Counted from the stretch's first letter, positions 1 through 12,125 are shown. The stretch is 32,000 nucleotides of DNA from Sinorhizobium meliloti (GCF_017876815.1 NZ_JAGIOS010000003.1:1200001-1232000); one strand, 5' to 3'. Notes: generated by a model not told the origin, from the letters alone. Made by a program: numbers and translations.

Positions 1-1
1 C

Positions 2-1105
2 GAGCCGACCAACAATCTGGATCGTGACGGCAGACGGGCGGTTATCGACCTTCTTTCCGGCTGGCGCAGCGGGGCAATTGTCGTTAGCCACGATCGTGAA
101 CTGCTCGAAGAAATGGACGCGATTATCGAACTGAGCTCGGTCGGGACAAAGCGCTACGGCGGGGGCTGGAGTTCCTATCAGGCGGCGAGGGCGGTTGAGC
201 TGGAAGCGGCGCAACAAAGCCTCGCACATGCACAGAAGACCGCCGACGAAATCGACCGCAAGGCACGTGCCTTGGCAGAGCGGCTGGACAAGCGTGGCGC
301 GTCTGGTACCCGAAAAGCGGCAAAGGGCGACATGCCGCGGATTCTAATGGGCCGGCGCAAGAGCAATGCGGAAGAAAGCCGGGGCAAGGGTGTGGAACTC
401 GCCGAGCGACAGCGCGCAGCCGCGCTCGACGCCGTCACAGCGGCCAAAGCGCGGATCGAGGTGCTGCAGCCGTTCTCTATCCGTCTTCCGCGAACCGATC
501 TTCCCGCCGGCCGGCAAGTCCTCGCGTTTGACCGCGTTACGGCGGGCTACGATCCCGCCCGTCCGGTCATTCGGGATCTATCCTTCTCGCTTGTCGGCCC
601 GCGGCGCCTTTCGGTCACCGGCCCCAACGGGGCGGGCAAAACGAGTCTTCTGAAGGTAGTCACCGGAGAATTGCGACCCTTTAACGGAACCGTTTCCGTA
701 AATGTTCCCTTCTCTCTGCTGGACCAGAGCGTCAGTATTCTGGAGCGCGGCGAGACGATCCTCGATAATTTCAAGCGGCTCAATCCCGGTGCCAGCGACA
801 ACGCCTGCCGGGCGGCCTTGGCCAGCTTTCGCTTCCGCGCGGATGCGGCCTTGCAAAGGGTGGAGACGTTGAGCGGCGGGCAGGTGCTGCGCGCCGGCCT
901 TGCCTGCGCACTCGGCGGTTCCGATCCCCCATCGCTGCTCATTCTCGACGAGCCGACCAACCATCTGGATATCGACTCCATCGAGGCGGTCGAAGCTGGG
1001 CTGCTCGCCTATGACGGCGCACTCGTCGTCGTCAGCCACGACGAGACATTCCTTGCAAACATCGGGATAGGCACGCGTCTGGAGCTTTCGACCTCCTGGG
1101 GCTGA
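2..1105 (+). CDS. ABC-F family ATPase (tandem ABC ATP-binding domains), 5' end outside window
   Basis: The reading frame is open from the window edge (EPTNNLD = Walker B of the first NBD). A charged linker follows, then a second NBD with Walker A GPNGAGKT, signature LSGGQ and Walker B LLILDEPTNHLD. No TM segments. Stop at 1103-1105. Confidence 0.85.
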   Translation, partial: EPTNNLDRDGRRAVIDLLSGWRSGAIVVSHDRELLEEMDAIIELSSVGTKRYGGGWSSYQAARAVELEAAQQSLAHAQKTADEIDRKARALAERLDKRGASGTRKAAKGDMPRILMGRRKSNAEESRGKGVELAERQRAAALDAVTAAKARIEVLQPFSIRLPRTDLPAGRQVLAFDRVTAGYDPARPVIRDLSFSLVGPRRLSVTGPNGAGKTSLLKVVTGELRPFNGTVSVNVPFSLLDQSVSILERGETILDNFKRLNPGASDNACRAALASFRFRADAALQRVETLSGGQVLRAGLACALGGSDPPSLLILDEPTNHLDIDSIEAVEAGLLAYDGALVVVSHDETFLANIGIGTRLELSTSWG

Positions 1106-1326
1106 TGCCGATCGAGATAATCGATGGGCACCCAATTCAGGGCACACTCAAAGCACAGCGCCTCGTCTGTGATGGGGCTGGCGCCGGCCATGAACCCCGC
1201 GGTCGAGTGCGGCAATTCCACCGGCTAACCGACCCTCTTCAGAGGCATTCCATCACGTTAAACGACCATGGCTGCGGTCATGCCCGTGTCGGTTGGCGCT
1301 CCGAGATATAGTTCATGCGTTGCTCC

Positions 1327-2294
1327 TTACGGGATCAAAAGCAGTTTTCCGGTGGTTGCACGGCTTGCCATCGCGGCATGGGCGCCGGCGGCGTCGGCAA
1401 GGCGATAGGTTTCGCCGATCGTCACCGTGATCGATCCGTCCTCGATCCAGTCGAAAAGCTGCTTGGTGCGATCGAGAAGGAGTTCGTGCGTGTGGATGTG
1501 GTCCATGAACGTTGCGTAGCCGATCTTGATGCTCTTCGGCGGTTCATGATCTCGAGCGGTCCAGGCCCGCCGAGCACTGGTCCGTACCAGCAGAAGGTAC
1601 CGGACCGGCGAAGCGCTTCGATCGACCCCTTGAAGGTCTTGGGACCGGAGCCATCGTAAACGACGTTCACGCCCTCGCCGCCAGTCAAGCGCAGGACTTC
1701 GTCGGCAAACCTTCCGTCGGTATCGACGATGACGTGCTCGGCGCCAGCCTTTCTGGCGATCGCGACTTTGTCTTCGGACGATACGCGTCCGATTACTCGG
1801 CCACCCCTTAGCCTTATAATCTGTGTCAGCAGCAGGCCGACCCCGCCGGCCGCCGCATGAACAAGGGCGATGTCGCCCGGCTGCACTGGATAAAAATCCG
1901 TCGCGAAGTGACTGGCTGTGAGCCCCTGCATCATAATGGATGCGGCCGTTCGGTCGTCCAGGGTATCGGGAATTTTCACGAGGGAGGCTGCCGGTATCGA
2001 CTGGCGCTGAGCATAACTTCCGGGAGCATAGACCCAGGCGACGCGATCGCCGATTGCAAACTCGCCCGCTCCGTCGCCGACGGCGAGCACTCGACCAGCG
2101 CCTTCGACACCCAGAACCTTCGGGTTAGGGATGTCGGTCCAGGCCATACCTTGGCGCACGCCGATATCCATGAAGTTCACGCCGGCCACGGCGACCTCGA
2201 CCACGACATGTCCCGGCCTTGCGACGGGCTCAGGGCGATCGACGAACTCCATCACGCCGGTACCACCAACGTCTTTCATCACAACGGCTTTCAT
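1327..2294 (-). pseudogene. qor: NADPH:quinone oxidoreductase (zeta-crystallin/MDR family) interrupted by one frameshift
   Basis: The N-terminal 240 aa (MKAVVMKDVGG...AAGGVGLLL...WYGPVLGGPGPLEIMN) are in the frame of ORF 1422..2294. The conserved C-terminus (PKSIKIGYATF...AAGAHAAMASRATTGKLLLIP*) is in another frame and ends at 1327. The frames join at about 1537-1544 (minus strand atgaaccgccgaag). Total span is 968 nt, not a multiple of 3. Confidence 0.8.
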
Positions 2295-2348
2295 GCATAT
2301 ATCCTTTTTTGACTACTCATTCCAGAAAGGGGCACGGTTTTTTGCCTG

Positions 2349-2915
2349 CTAGGTGACTGCGCGAAGCGCCAACCGGCTGAGGGACTGCAGATGTTCCCGA
2401 CCGGCTCCACCACGTGCGGCTATCCTGATACCGGCGATATTGGCAACGAGGAAATCGGCCACCGCCTCAGCGGGCAATGAAACGGCTAAGTCACCTGCAG
2501 CCTGAGCTTCTCTGATGCGTTCAACGACGACGGTCTTGAGCCGACGATCGGCGGCGTGATGCAGTGCCGCCAGGTCCGGCCGGCTTTGACCGAACTCGCA
2601 GATCGAGTTCACGCCGAGACAAGCTTGGCTTGCATTGTCCACAACGCGCTCCATCACCAAGCGGATACCCTCCAGTGCACGCGGTTTGCCGCGCAGCAAG
2701 GCGATATGAGCACTCGTCTCACTCGCCGAATAGCGTTCCACCGCGAGGCAGTAGAGCTTCCACTTGTCACCGAAGGTGTCGTACAGGCTCTGGCGGCCAA
2801 TTTTCATCGCCCGTACCAGCATCTCCGTCGAGGTGCCCTCAAAACCATGTTCGCGAAACACACCGATCGCAGCGTCCAATGCCTCGTCCCTGTCAAATTC
2901 CTTGATCCGCGCCAT
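2349..2915 (-). CDS. TetR/AcrR family transcriptional regulator
   Basis: 188 aa. N-terminal TetR HTH pattern (ALDAAIGVFREHGFEGTSTEMLVRAMKIGRQSLYDTFGDKWKLY) with a helical C-terminal ligand domain. Confidence 0.85.
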   Translation of the reverse strand: MARIKEFDRDEALDAAIGVFREHGFEGTSTEMLVRAMKIGRQSLYDTFGDKWKLYCLAVERYSASETSAHIALLRGKPRALEGIRLVMERVVDNASQACLGVNSICEFGQSRPDLAALHHAADRRLKTVVVERIREAQAAGDLAVSLPAEAVADFLVANIAGIRIAARGGAGREHLQSLSRLALRAVT

Positions 2916-2971
2916 AAAGCCTATTTAAGAATAATGGAACGATCTGTCAAGAATGAACTGCCGGTTATTCC

Positions 2972-4387
2972 TCAGGAGATTACCGCACGGGGCTCGAGGA
3001 AGGCTTCCAGGCCGAAGACGCCGAACTCGCGGCCGAAGCCGGATTGCTTGAAGCCCCCAAAGGGTGCAAGCGGCTCGTGCGGTGCGCCATTGATGATTAC
3101 GCGACCTGCCTCGATGCGATCAGCAGCGCGCTTTGCCCGTTCGAGGTCGGAAGAGAAGACATTGGCCTGCAGGCCGTAGTCGGTATCGTTGGCGATCGCG
3201 ATCGCTTCTTCCTCGTCGCGATAAGAAAGGACGCAGAGCACCGGGCCGAAGATCTCCTCGCGGGCGATGCGCATGTCGTTGCGGACGCCGGAGAAGATAG
3301 TTGGACGAACGAACCAACCTCGTTCGAGGCCTTCGGGACGCCCTTCGCCTCCGATCAGGAGAGTTGCACCCTCTTCCTGTCCGAGACGCAGGTAGCCTTG
3401 CACGCGGTCCCATTGCTTCTGGCTCACCATCGGCCCGATCCGCACCTCGCTATCACCGGGATCACCGAGCGTGAACACCTTTACCTCCTCTTTCAGGCGT
3501 GCCTCGATCTCGTCGCGACGATATTCAGGAACAAGGCTGCGGCTCCCGGCAATGCAGGCCTGTCCGCTATTGAGGAAGCCGGCAGCCAGAACCTGAGGAA
3601 CCGCAACTTGGAGATCGGCATCGTCCAGGATGATGCTGGGACTCTTGCCGCCAAGCTCCATGGTGACCCGCTTCATTGTCGTCGCCGCCATCTGGGCGAT
3701 GGCGCGGCCCGTGACGGTAGAGCCCGTGAATGTGATCTTTGAAACATCCCGGTTTGCGGTGAGCGCTGCACCCACGACATTGCCGTAGCCAGTGACGATG
3801 TTGAACACCCCCTTTGAGAGATCCGCTTCATGCAGGCATTCCGTGATGACCTGCGTTTGGATGGCGCTCATCTCGGAAGGTTTGATGACCATCGTGCTGC
3901 CCGACGCGATCGCTGCCGACAGCTTTCCGCAGATGAAGCTATAATTGCTATTCCATGGTGTGATCGCCACCGCCACCCCCGAAGGACGCATCTCCACGTC
4001 GGCACGGCCGATGCGTCGCCGGAAATCGTAGCTCTCCAATATTTCCGCCATATCGAGGAACACGTTTCCGGCTCGCCGCGCTGCAAAGTCGATGAAACTC
4101 GGCGGCGCTGCGTATTCCACCCGCATGGCCTCTACGAGATCGCCCGCGCGCTCAGAGACGGCCGCATGCAAGCGCTTCAGCATGGTGATCCGCTCTTCCT
4201 TCGACGTATTGGAGAATGCGGGAAATGCACGCCTGGCCGCTGCAACGGCGCGGTTTGCGTCTTCCTCATCCGCTAGGCGCACCTTTCCAATCTGTTCCTC
4301 GGTCGCCGGATTGAAGAGCGGAGCCCATTGCTCGCCGTGCGGTTCGACGAAGCTGCCGTCGATGTAGACTCTGTCGATTATACGCAT
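2972..4387 (-). CDS. NAD(P)+-dependent aldehyde dehydrogenase
   Basis: 471 aa. ALDH hallmarks present: ELGGKSP (catalytic Glu region), FLNSGQACIAGSR (catalytic Cys) and EEIFGPV. Confidence 0.9.
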   Translation of the reverse strand: MRIIDRVYIDGSFVEPHGEQWAPLFNPATEEQIGKVRLADEEDANRAVAAARRAFPAFSNTSKEERITMLKRLHAAVSERAGDLVEAMRVEYAAPPSFIDFAARRAGNVFLDMAEILESYDFRRRIGRADVEMRPSGVAVAITPWNSNYSFICGKLSAAIASGSTMVIKPSEMSAIQTQVITECLHEADLSKGVFNIVTGYGNVVGAALTANRDVSKITFTGSTVTGRAIAQMAATTMKRVTMELGGKSPSIILDDADLQVAVPQVLAAGFLNSGQACIAGSRSLVPEYRRDEIEARLKEEVKVFTLGDPGDSEVRIGPMVSQKQWDRVQGYLRLGQEEGATLLIGGEGRPEGLERGWFVRPTIFSGVRNDMRIAREEIFGPVLCVLSYRDEEEAIAIANDTDYGLQANVFSSDLERAKRAADRIEAGRVIINGAPHEPLAPFGGFKQSGFGREFGVFGLEAFLEPRAVIS

Positions 4388-4485
4388 CGACTCTCTCCTG
4401 TTATGGCTTCACCACAAAGATGGAATGCATTATCTGTTGCGGCTAGTCGGACAAAATCGGACACGCTGATGAGCTACATCGCGCA

Positions 4486-5342
4486 ATGAGGGCAAGCTTG
4501 AGCGAATTGGAAGCGGTTGCCGCGGTTGCCCGGCATGGCGGCTTTCGCGCTGCCGCCCGCCAGCTCGGCATGTCATCATCGGCATTGAGCCATGCAATAG
4601 TAGCGCTAGAAGAGCGCTTGGCGGTCAGGCTCTTCAACCGCACCACGCGCAGCGTCGTGCTCTCTGCTGCGGGAGAACAATTCCTCTCTGAGATCGCACC
4701 GGACTTGCAACAATCGAGAATGCGATCGAGCATATCGGCGAGCATTCGAGTCGGCCTCGGGAAGGCTTCGGCTCAACATGGCGCCGGGAGTTGCACGCAT
4801 GCTGCTGGAGCCGCTGCTACTCGAATACGTCCGCCGCTATCCGGAGGTCGAGCTTGAGGTCGTGTCGGAGAAGGGCCTCGATGCCGGGGTACGACTTCCT
4901 GAGCGATTTCGCCCGATATGGTGGCCATTCCGATCACCCGACCCCGTTCCCTGGTTGTCGGATCGCCTGAATATTTCAAGGGGCGTTCCAAGCCAATCGT
5001 CCCGCTCGATCTGGTGCAGCATCGCTGTATCGAGATGCGCATGGCGAACGGCAGAATGTATCGCTGGGAGTTCGAGCGCCGGGGTGAAGCGCACGTGTTC
5101 AAGTTGCCGGCAATCTGACGCTGACGCGACGGGCCTTATCCTGGCGGCCGCGCATTCGGGCGCCGCACTCGCTTATATCGGCGAGTATTCGCTCGCTGCG
5201 CATATGGCTGCCGGGCGCCTTAATCCGGTGGTGGAAGAGTGGTGCCCTGCTTATCCCGGGCTCAGCCTTTTTTTCGCAACGCCGCCACATGCCCGCCAAA
5301 TTGCGCGCCTTCATCGGCCCGATCAGGGAACAAGCTGTTTGA
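4486..5342 (+). pseudogene. LysR-family transcriptional regulator, multiply frameshifted
   Basis: The HTH (LEAVAAVARHGGFRAAARQLGMSSSALSHAIVALEERLAVRLFNRTTRSV) is in frame 1. Later conserved blocks are spread over all three frames: IENAIEHIGEHSSRPR, then RLRLNMAPGVARMLLEPLLLEYVRRYPEVELEVV, DMVAIPITRPRSLVVGSPEYF...YRWEFERRGE, ATGLILAAAHSGAALAYIGEY...EEWCPAYPGLSL and SQRRHMPAKLRAFIGPIREQAV*. One frame switch lies at a T7 run (5268-5274). Confidence 0.8.
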
Positions 5343-5390
5343 CCAATAGGGTAAAATTGCGCCAAATCATGGGGAGCATGCGCCGGCCCA

Positions 5391-5406
5391 ATTGATGCAG
5401 CTCAAT
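5391..5406. promoter_or_regulatory. Dyad ATTGA-N6-TCAAT (fits T-N11-A) upstream of katG, candidate regulator box
   Basis: Perfect 5-bp arms at 5391-5395 and 5402-5406, 56 nt upstream of the katG ATG. The sequence contains a T-N11-A arrangement typical of LysR/OxyR-type sites. Confidence 0.3.
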
Positions 5407-5431
5407 CGACTTAGCGGGCAGGCTGCTTTAG

Positions 5432-7645
<2,214 letters not shown>

Positions 7646-7650
7646 TTGGC

Positions 7651-7686
7651 GAGGCCAGGACGTGGCTTGAGCCATGTCCTGGCCTC
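7651..7686. terminator. Hairpin between convergent katG and the MFS gene (candidate bidirectional terminator)
   Basis: Perfect 11-bp stem gaggccaggac (7651-7661) / gtcctggcctc (7676-7686) with a 14-nt loop. It starts 6 nt after the katG stop. There is no clear U-tract on either side. Confidence 0.5.
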
Positions 7687-7708
7687 CCCCGGATGGTCGT
7701 GAAGCGCT

Positions 7709-8911
7709 CTAACAGTCTTCAGCTTCCTCCGCCGTGCTGCCGATCAGCGTAAGACACAGCAAAGCCAGTAGCGCAGCGAGGCTACTCGCCAAGGCTAGCG
7801 GCCACCAGCCTATGTTGATGAAAGGCGCCGCGGCGGCCGTACCTCCGGCAGTGATCCCAAGTATAGCGGCAACGACCAATGCGGCGCCGCGTGAATGATC
7901 GCCTCTTGAGGCAAGGATTGCCTGGTGGAAACCGATTGGTCCCCGGATGCCGAACGCGCCGTTGGCGGTCATCCACAGGGGCACGAGCACGGACAAACTG
8001 CGTCCGCCAAGGGATGTGTAGAGAAGAATCAGGAAGAAGCCGAGAACCAGACCTCCTGTACCAATCATGATCATACGTTCGGTACCAAATCTTCGGGCAA
8101 GTCCATTGGACGCGTTCGACGCAAGAATAAAGAGGGCAATGCCGAAAACTTGAAGGAGAATGAAGTCTCCGATGGTCATGCCCAATGCCCCTGTCATCAC
8201 TGCGGGGGCGCCGAATACAAAGATGAGAATACTGCCGAGGGAAAGCGCCTGGCTTAAGCCGTGCCGAAGAAAATCGCCATTGCGGATGATCGACATATAG
8301 CTTTGATGGACCTCAAGAGCCTCGAGCCGGTCTGGAAGTGATTGACGGTAAGCCCAGCTGCCGACGGCGCAGAGAATTGCAAGTCCGGCCAGCATGAGGA
8401 AAGAAGTCTGCCAGCCGCCCAACGTCATAAGATAGGCTCCGGCGATGGGGGCAAGAGCCGGCGTCAAGGACTCGATGGAGCCCAGCCTGCCGAACATGGA
8501 AGGCGCTTTGTCCCCAGGGTAAAGCCCGTGAATAAAGCCCGGCGCGAAAACCGCCGGGCCCGAGCCGAACGCGGCTTGCGCGAAACGCAAGATGACGAGC
8601 CATTCCAACGTCGGCGCGTAGGCAGACAGAAGAGACGTGACGGCAAACAGGCCCAGCGACCAGACCAACAGCTTGGGGCGAGAGTACCTCGCCCCAAGTT
8701 CGCCGAAGGTAAGCAATCCCACGAGCGTGCCTCCGGCATAGGCTGCGAGGACCATCTGCGCCAATGCCGCAGTCCCGCCGAGTGCGGTGGGCATCGCCGG
8801 AATTGCAGGCAGCACCAAGTCAGTCCCCGCGATTCCGAGGATGGTGCCGAATGAGATCAGCAGGAACATGACGGTCGGCGAAACATTCACGGTCATAGCT
8901 GCCCATAACAT
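7709..8911 (-). CDS. MFS transporter (Bcr/CflA-like drug-resistance type)
   Basis: About 12 hydrophobic segments and a degenerate MFS motif A (GELGARYSRPKLL). The start is uncertain: TTG 8926, ATG 8911 or ATG 8896. Confidence 0.8.
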   Translation of the reverse strand: MLWAAMTVNVSPTVMFLLISFGTILGIAGTDLVLPAIPAMPTALGGTAALAQMVLAAYAGGTLVGLLTFGELGARYSRPKLLVWSLGLFAVTSLLSAYAPTLEWLVILRFAQAAFGSGPAVFAPGFIHGLYPGDKAPSMFGRLGSIESLTPALAPIAGAYLMTLGGWQTSFLMLAGLAILCAVGSWAYRQSLPDRLEALEVHQSYMSIIRNGDFLRHGLSQALSLGSILIFVFGAPAVMTGALGMTIGDFILLQVFGIALFILASNASNGLARRFGTERMIMIGTGGLVLGFFLILLYTSLGGRSLSVLVPLWMTANGAFGIRGPIGFHQAILASRGDHSRGAALVVAAILGITAGGTAAAAPFINIGWWPLALASSLAALLALLCLTLIGSTAEEAEDC

Positions 8912-9088
8912 GCAGACTTCGCTCAACCAATTGCACTTTGCTTATCGGTTTCACCAAAAATCTTGATGGAACACTGCGGGTGCTCGACGAACAGCAACGG
9001 CGGCCCGCGCTCTACAGCGCCGCGCGTCTTATCAGACGCGCTAAGAGGGAAACCGTGCAGCGCTTTTCCGTCCGGCCCTGCCTAGCGT

Positions 9089-9766
9089 TCAGGGTAGCTG
9101 CAGTACGTCGGGATGCTGCAGCGGTGCATCCTTGATCCAGATCTCAGCGCCTTCGGGTCCGGTGATCGCTTCGAGCGCCTCTCCTGCGGGCAACCTGCCC
9201 CAACTCTGCGGCTCCAGTTGCTCGCCCCCGACTGCGAGGCCGCCGGAGAGGACGAAGAACTCGAGCCCACGGCGATTCTCGACGCTGACGGCTGAACCCG
9301 GCAGCCAGTTTTCTACCGACACGCGCTCTTTCCCGTCGTCAAACAGGGCCCGCGCTGCCTCGACCCCCTCGCGCAACGGCGCTGGTTCACCCTCTCCAGG
9401 GTGGCGAACGATTTGCGTGCCGTCGCCCTCACGATATTGCCAGAGCCGCACAAAAATCGTGCACCCATTCTTCGAGGCAGGTACATGCGAGGTGCCGGGC
9501 GGATTGCGAAAATAGCTGCCCGCAGGATAGTCGCCGTGCTCGTCCTCAAACGTCCCCTCGAGCACGAGGATCTCCTCGCCGCCGCTATGGACGTGGCGTG
9601 GGAAGGCGCTGCCCGGCGCATAGCGTACGATCGAAGTTGCGCGCGCAACTTCGCCGCCGACACGGTAGAGCATGCGGCGATCCACCCCTGCGGCGGGGCT
9701 CGGAACCCAGTCGAGTTTAGCCGAATGGACGATTACGGGTTTCGTCAGGTCTTCATTGATGCGCAT
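9089..9766 (-). CDS. ChrR-like cupin domain protein (anti-ECF-sigma ChrR C-terminal family), stand-alone
   Basis: 225 aa. Cupin motifs PRHVHSGGEEILVLEGTFEDEHGDYPAGSYFRNPPGTSH, then a second cupin-like half. GGGAGA RBS upstream. Confidence 0.7.
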   Translation of the reverse strand: MRINEDLTKPVIVHSAKLDWVPSPAAGVDRRMLYRVGGEVARATSIVRYAPGSAFPRHVHSGGEEILVLEGTFEDEHGDYPAGSYFRNPPGTSHVPASKNGCTIFVRLWQYREGDGTQIVRHPGEGEPAPLREGVEAARALFDDGKERVSVENWLPGSAVSVENRRGLEFFVLSGGLAVGGEQLEPQSWGRLPAGEALEAITGPEGAEIWIKDAPLQHPDVLQLP

Positions 9767-9860
9767 CTGACTGGTCTCCCATTGTCACGACTATATGGAA
9801 CTTCGCGTCACCGGACCCCTTTTTCTCAACAGTTCTGTGGTCCGCTCCAGCGGTTTGGGA

Positions 9861-11159
9861 TCAGCGCTGCAACACCGGGGGAACGTAGTCGCGTCCCATG
9901 TCGATCGAGGCAGGACGCCCGGAGAGGAAAAGCTCGCCGACGCGCGGCGCGGTTCTGGCGATAACCTTGCCCGCCTTGATGACGAACAGCCGGTTCGGCT
10001 TCAGCCGCAATGCCTCGGTGACATCCGCCGCCTGCAGCACGACGAGATCTGCCTTGCAGCCAATGTCGAGGCCGTAGCCCTGAAGCCCCATGGTCTTTGC
10101 CGAATTGACGGTGATCGCGTCGAAGATCTTGCACTTGTCCTCGATGCCGGCCATTTGCGCGACGTGGATCGCCATATGGGCGACCTCCAGCATGTCGCCC
10201 GAGCCCATCGAGTACCAGGGGTCCATGACGCAGTCATGCCCGAAGGAGACGTTCAGGTCGGCCGCCATCAGCTCCCGCACCCGCGTCATGCCGCGCCGTT
10301 TGGGATAGGTGTCGTGGCGGCCCTGCAGCATGATGTTGATCAGTGGATTGGGGATCACGTTGATCTCCGCCTCGGCCATCAGCGGGATGAGCTTCGAGAC
10401 GTAGTAGTTGTCCATCGAATGCATCGAGGTGAGATGCGAACCAGCCACGCGCCCCTTGAGGCCGAAGCGCACCGTCTCGGCCGCCAGCGTCTCGATGTGG
10501 CGCGACATCGGATCGTCGGTTTCATCACAATGCATGTCGACCGGGAGGCCGCGGTCGGCGGCGAGCCGGCACAGTGCCTCGACGGAGCGGGCGCCGTCTT
10601 CCATCGTCCGCTCGAAATGAGGAATGCCGCCAACGATGCCGATGCCCATGTCAAGCGCACGCTCGAGGGAGGCGACGCCGCCGGGCGCGCGGAAATATCC
10701 GTCCTGCGGGAAGGCGACGAGCTGCAATTCGATATAGGGTGCGACCTGTTCCTTGACCTCGAGCAGCGCTTCTGCCGTCACGAGGCGCGGATCGGACGTG
10801 TCCACATGGCTGCGAATGTAGAGAAGGCCCTGGGTGACGGCGAGGTCGCAATAACGAAGCGCTCGTTCGACGAGGGCTTCCTTCGTCAGCAGCGGCCGCA
10901 ACTCGCCCCAGAGCGAGATGCCCTCGAGCAGCGTGCCGGAGATGTTCATGCGCGGCAAACCGAGCGACAGCGTCGCATCCATGTGGAAATGCGGATCGCA
11001 GAAGGGCGGGCTGACCAGGCGGCCGGCCGCGTCGATCTCCTCGCCGGGGGTCGCAGTTATCGACTTCTCGATGGCGGCGATCTTGCCGCCGGCAAGGCCG
11101 ATATCAAAGCCCTGCCGGCCGTCCGGCAGGTTCGCATTGCGGATGATCAGGTCGAACAT
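9861..11159 (-). CDS. codA: Cytosine deaminase-family amidohydrolase
   Basis: 432 aa, collinear with E. coli CodA as I recall it: HFH metal site (CDPHFHMD), HCDETDD, LQGRHDTYPKRRGMTRVRELM, FGHDCVMDPWYSMG. GAGGA RBS. Substrate is not determinable from sequence; creatinine and other N-heterocycle deaminases share this fold. Confidence 0.85.
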   Translation of the reverse strand: MFDLIIRNANLPDGRQGFDIGLAGGKIAAIEKSITATPGEEIDAAGRLVSPPFCDPHFHMDATLSLGLPRMNISGTLLEGISLWGELRPLLTKEALVERALRYCDLAVTQGLLYIRSHVDTSDPRLVTAEALLEVKEQVAPYIELQLVAFPQDGYFRAPGGVASLERALDMGIGIVGGIPHFERTMEDGARSVEALCRLAADRGLPVDMHCDETDDPMSRHIETLAAETVRFGLKGRVAGSHLTSMHSMDNYYVSKLIPLMAEAEINVIPNPLINIMLQGRHDTYPKRRGMTRVRELMAADLNVSFGHDCVMDPWYSMGSGDMLEVAHMAIHVAQMAGIEDKCKIFDAITVNSAKTMGLQGYGLDIGCKADLVVLQAADVTEALRLKPNRLFVIKAGKVIARTAPRVGELFLSGRPASIDMGRDYVPPVLQR

Positions 11160-11180
11160 GGGTCAGTCCTCGGGTTTTCT

Positions 11181-12125
11181 TTAGCGCTCGCCGCGCCGGT
11201 ATGGTTGCATCAGGGCCTGCGGAACGCGGGCGCGACGGGCCATGAGCGCCAGCGCTGCGATCGACAGCAGATAGGGGATCATCAGGAAGATCTGATAGGG
11301 GACGACGCCGCTCAGCCGCGTCTGCAGGCGCAGCTGGAAGCCGTCGAACAGTGCAAACAGGAGCGCTCCGACGAGGGCGCGGCCCGGCCGCCAGGAGGCG
11401 AAGACGACGAGCGCTATGCAGATCCAGCCCCGCCCCTGCACCATGGTAGGAAAGAAGCTGTTGAAGGCGGAGAGCGTCAGGAAGGCGCCGCCGATGCCCA
11501 TCAGCGCGCTCCCGACGATGACGGAACCAAAGCGGATCGCCATCGGGTTGATGCCCTGCGCCTCGGCGGCGTGCGGATTTTCGCCAGTCATGCGGATCGC
11601 CAGGCCGAGCGGCGTTCGGAAAAGCACGTAGCCGAGTACCAGCGCCAGCAGGATCGCCACATAGGTCGGCGGCGTCTGTGTGAAGAGCGCCGGGCCTAGA
11701 AAGGGGAGGGATGAAAGCGCCGGGACGTCGATCGGCTGGAACGGCTCGATCGTCGGCGGTGTGCCCGCGACCGGTACCAGCAGACGGAAGACGTAGTAGC
11801 TGAAGCTCGAGGCGAAAAGCGTCACCCCGAGACCGGACACGTGCTGGGACAACCCGAGCGTCACCGTCAGGCCCGCATGCAAGAGGCCGAAGATCCCGCC
11901 AGAGAGGCCCGCGACGAGAATGCCCGTCCACAGGTCAGCGCCGTTATAGACCGTAAGCCAGCCGATCATCGCGCCGAAGGTCATGATGCCTTCGATGCCG
12001 AGATTCAGGACGCCCGAGCGCTCGCACAGGAGCGCGCCGAGCGTGCCGAGGATCAGCGGCGTGGCGATGCGCAGGACGGCCGCCCAGAGGCCTGCGGAAG
12101 CGAAAATGTCAGTGACGGCGTTCAT
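11181..12125 (-). CDS. ABC transporter permease (BMP/nucleoside-type system, second permease)
   Basis: Starts at MNAVTDIFASAGLWAAVLRIATPLILGTLGALLCERSGVLNLGIEGIM and is multi-TM. Its ATG overlaps the upstream permease stop by 4 nt (ATGA at 12122-12125). The longer 619-aa ORF in the track is an out-of-gene extension. Confidence 0.85.
   Translation of the reverse strand: MNAVTDIFASAGLWAAVLRIATPLILGTLGALLCERSGVLNLGIEGIMTFGAMIGWLTVYNGADLWTGILVAGLSGGIFGLLHAGLTVTLGLSQHVSGLGVTLFASSFSYYVFRLLVPVAGTPPTIEPFQPIDVPALSSLPFLGPALFTQTPPTYVAILLALVLGYVLFRTPLGLAIRMTGENPHAAEAQGINPMAIRFGSVIVGSALMGIGGAFLTLSAFNSFFPTMVQGRGWICIALVVFASWRPGRALVGALLFALFDGFQLRLQTRLSGVVPYQIFLMIPYLLSIAALALMARRARVPQALMQPYRRGER

Noticed and set aside
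1009-1311. ORFs 1105..1311 (+) and 1009..1221 (-) in the convergent gap between the ABC-F gene and qor
   Set aside because: They have no RBS and no recognisable motif, and the minus-strand ORF overlaps the ABC-F 3' end by about 100 nt. They are probably non-coding.
9795-11699. 634-aa plus-strand ORF
   Set aside because: It lies antisense to the CodA-family gene and a permease, both of which have clear homology. Its R/A/G/D-rich, low-complexity translation is typical of shadow ORFs in high-GC DNA, and it has no recognisable motif.
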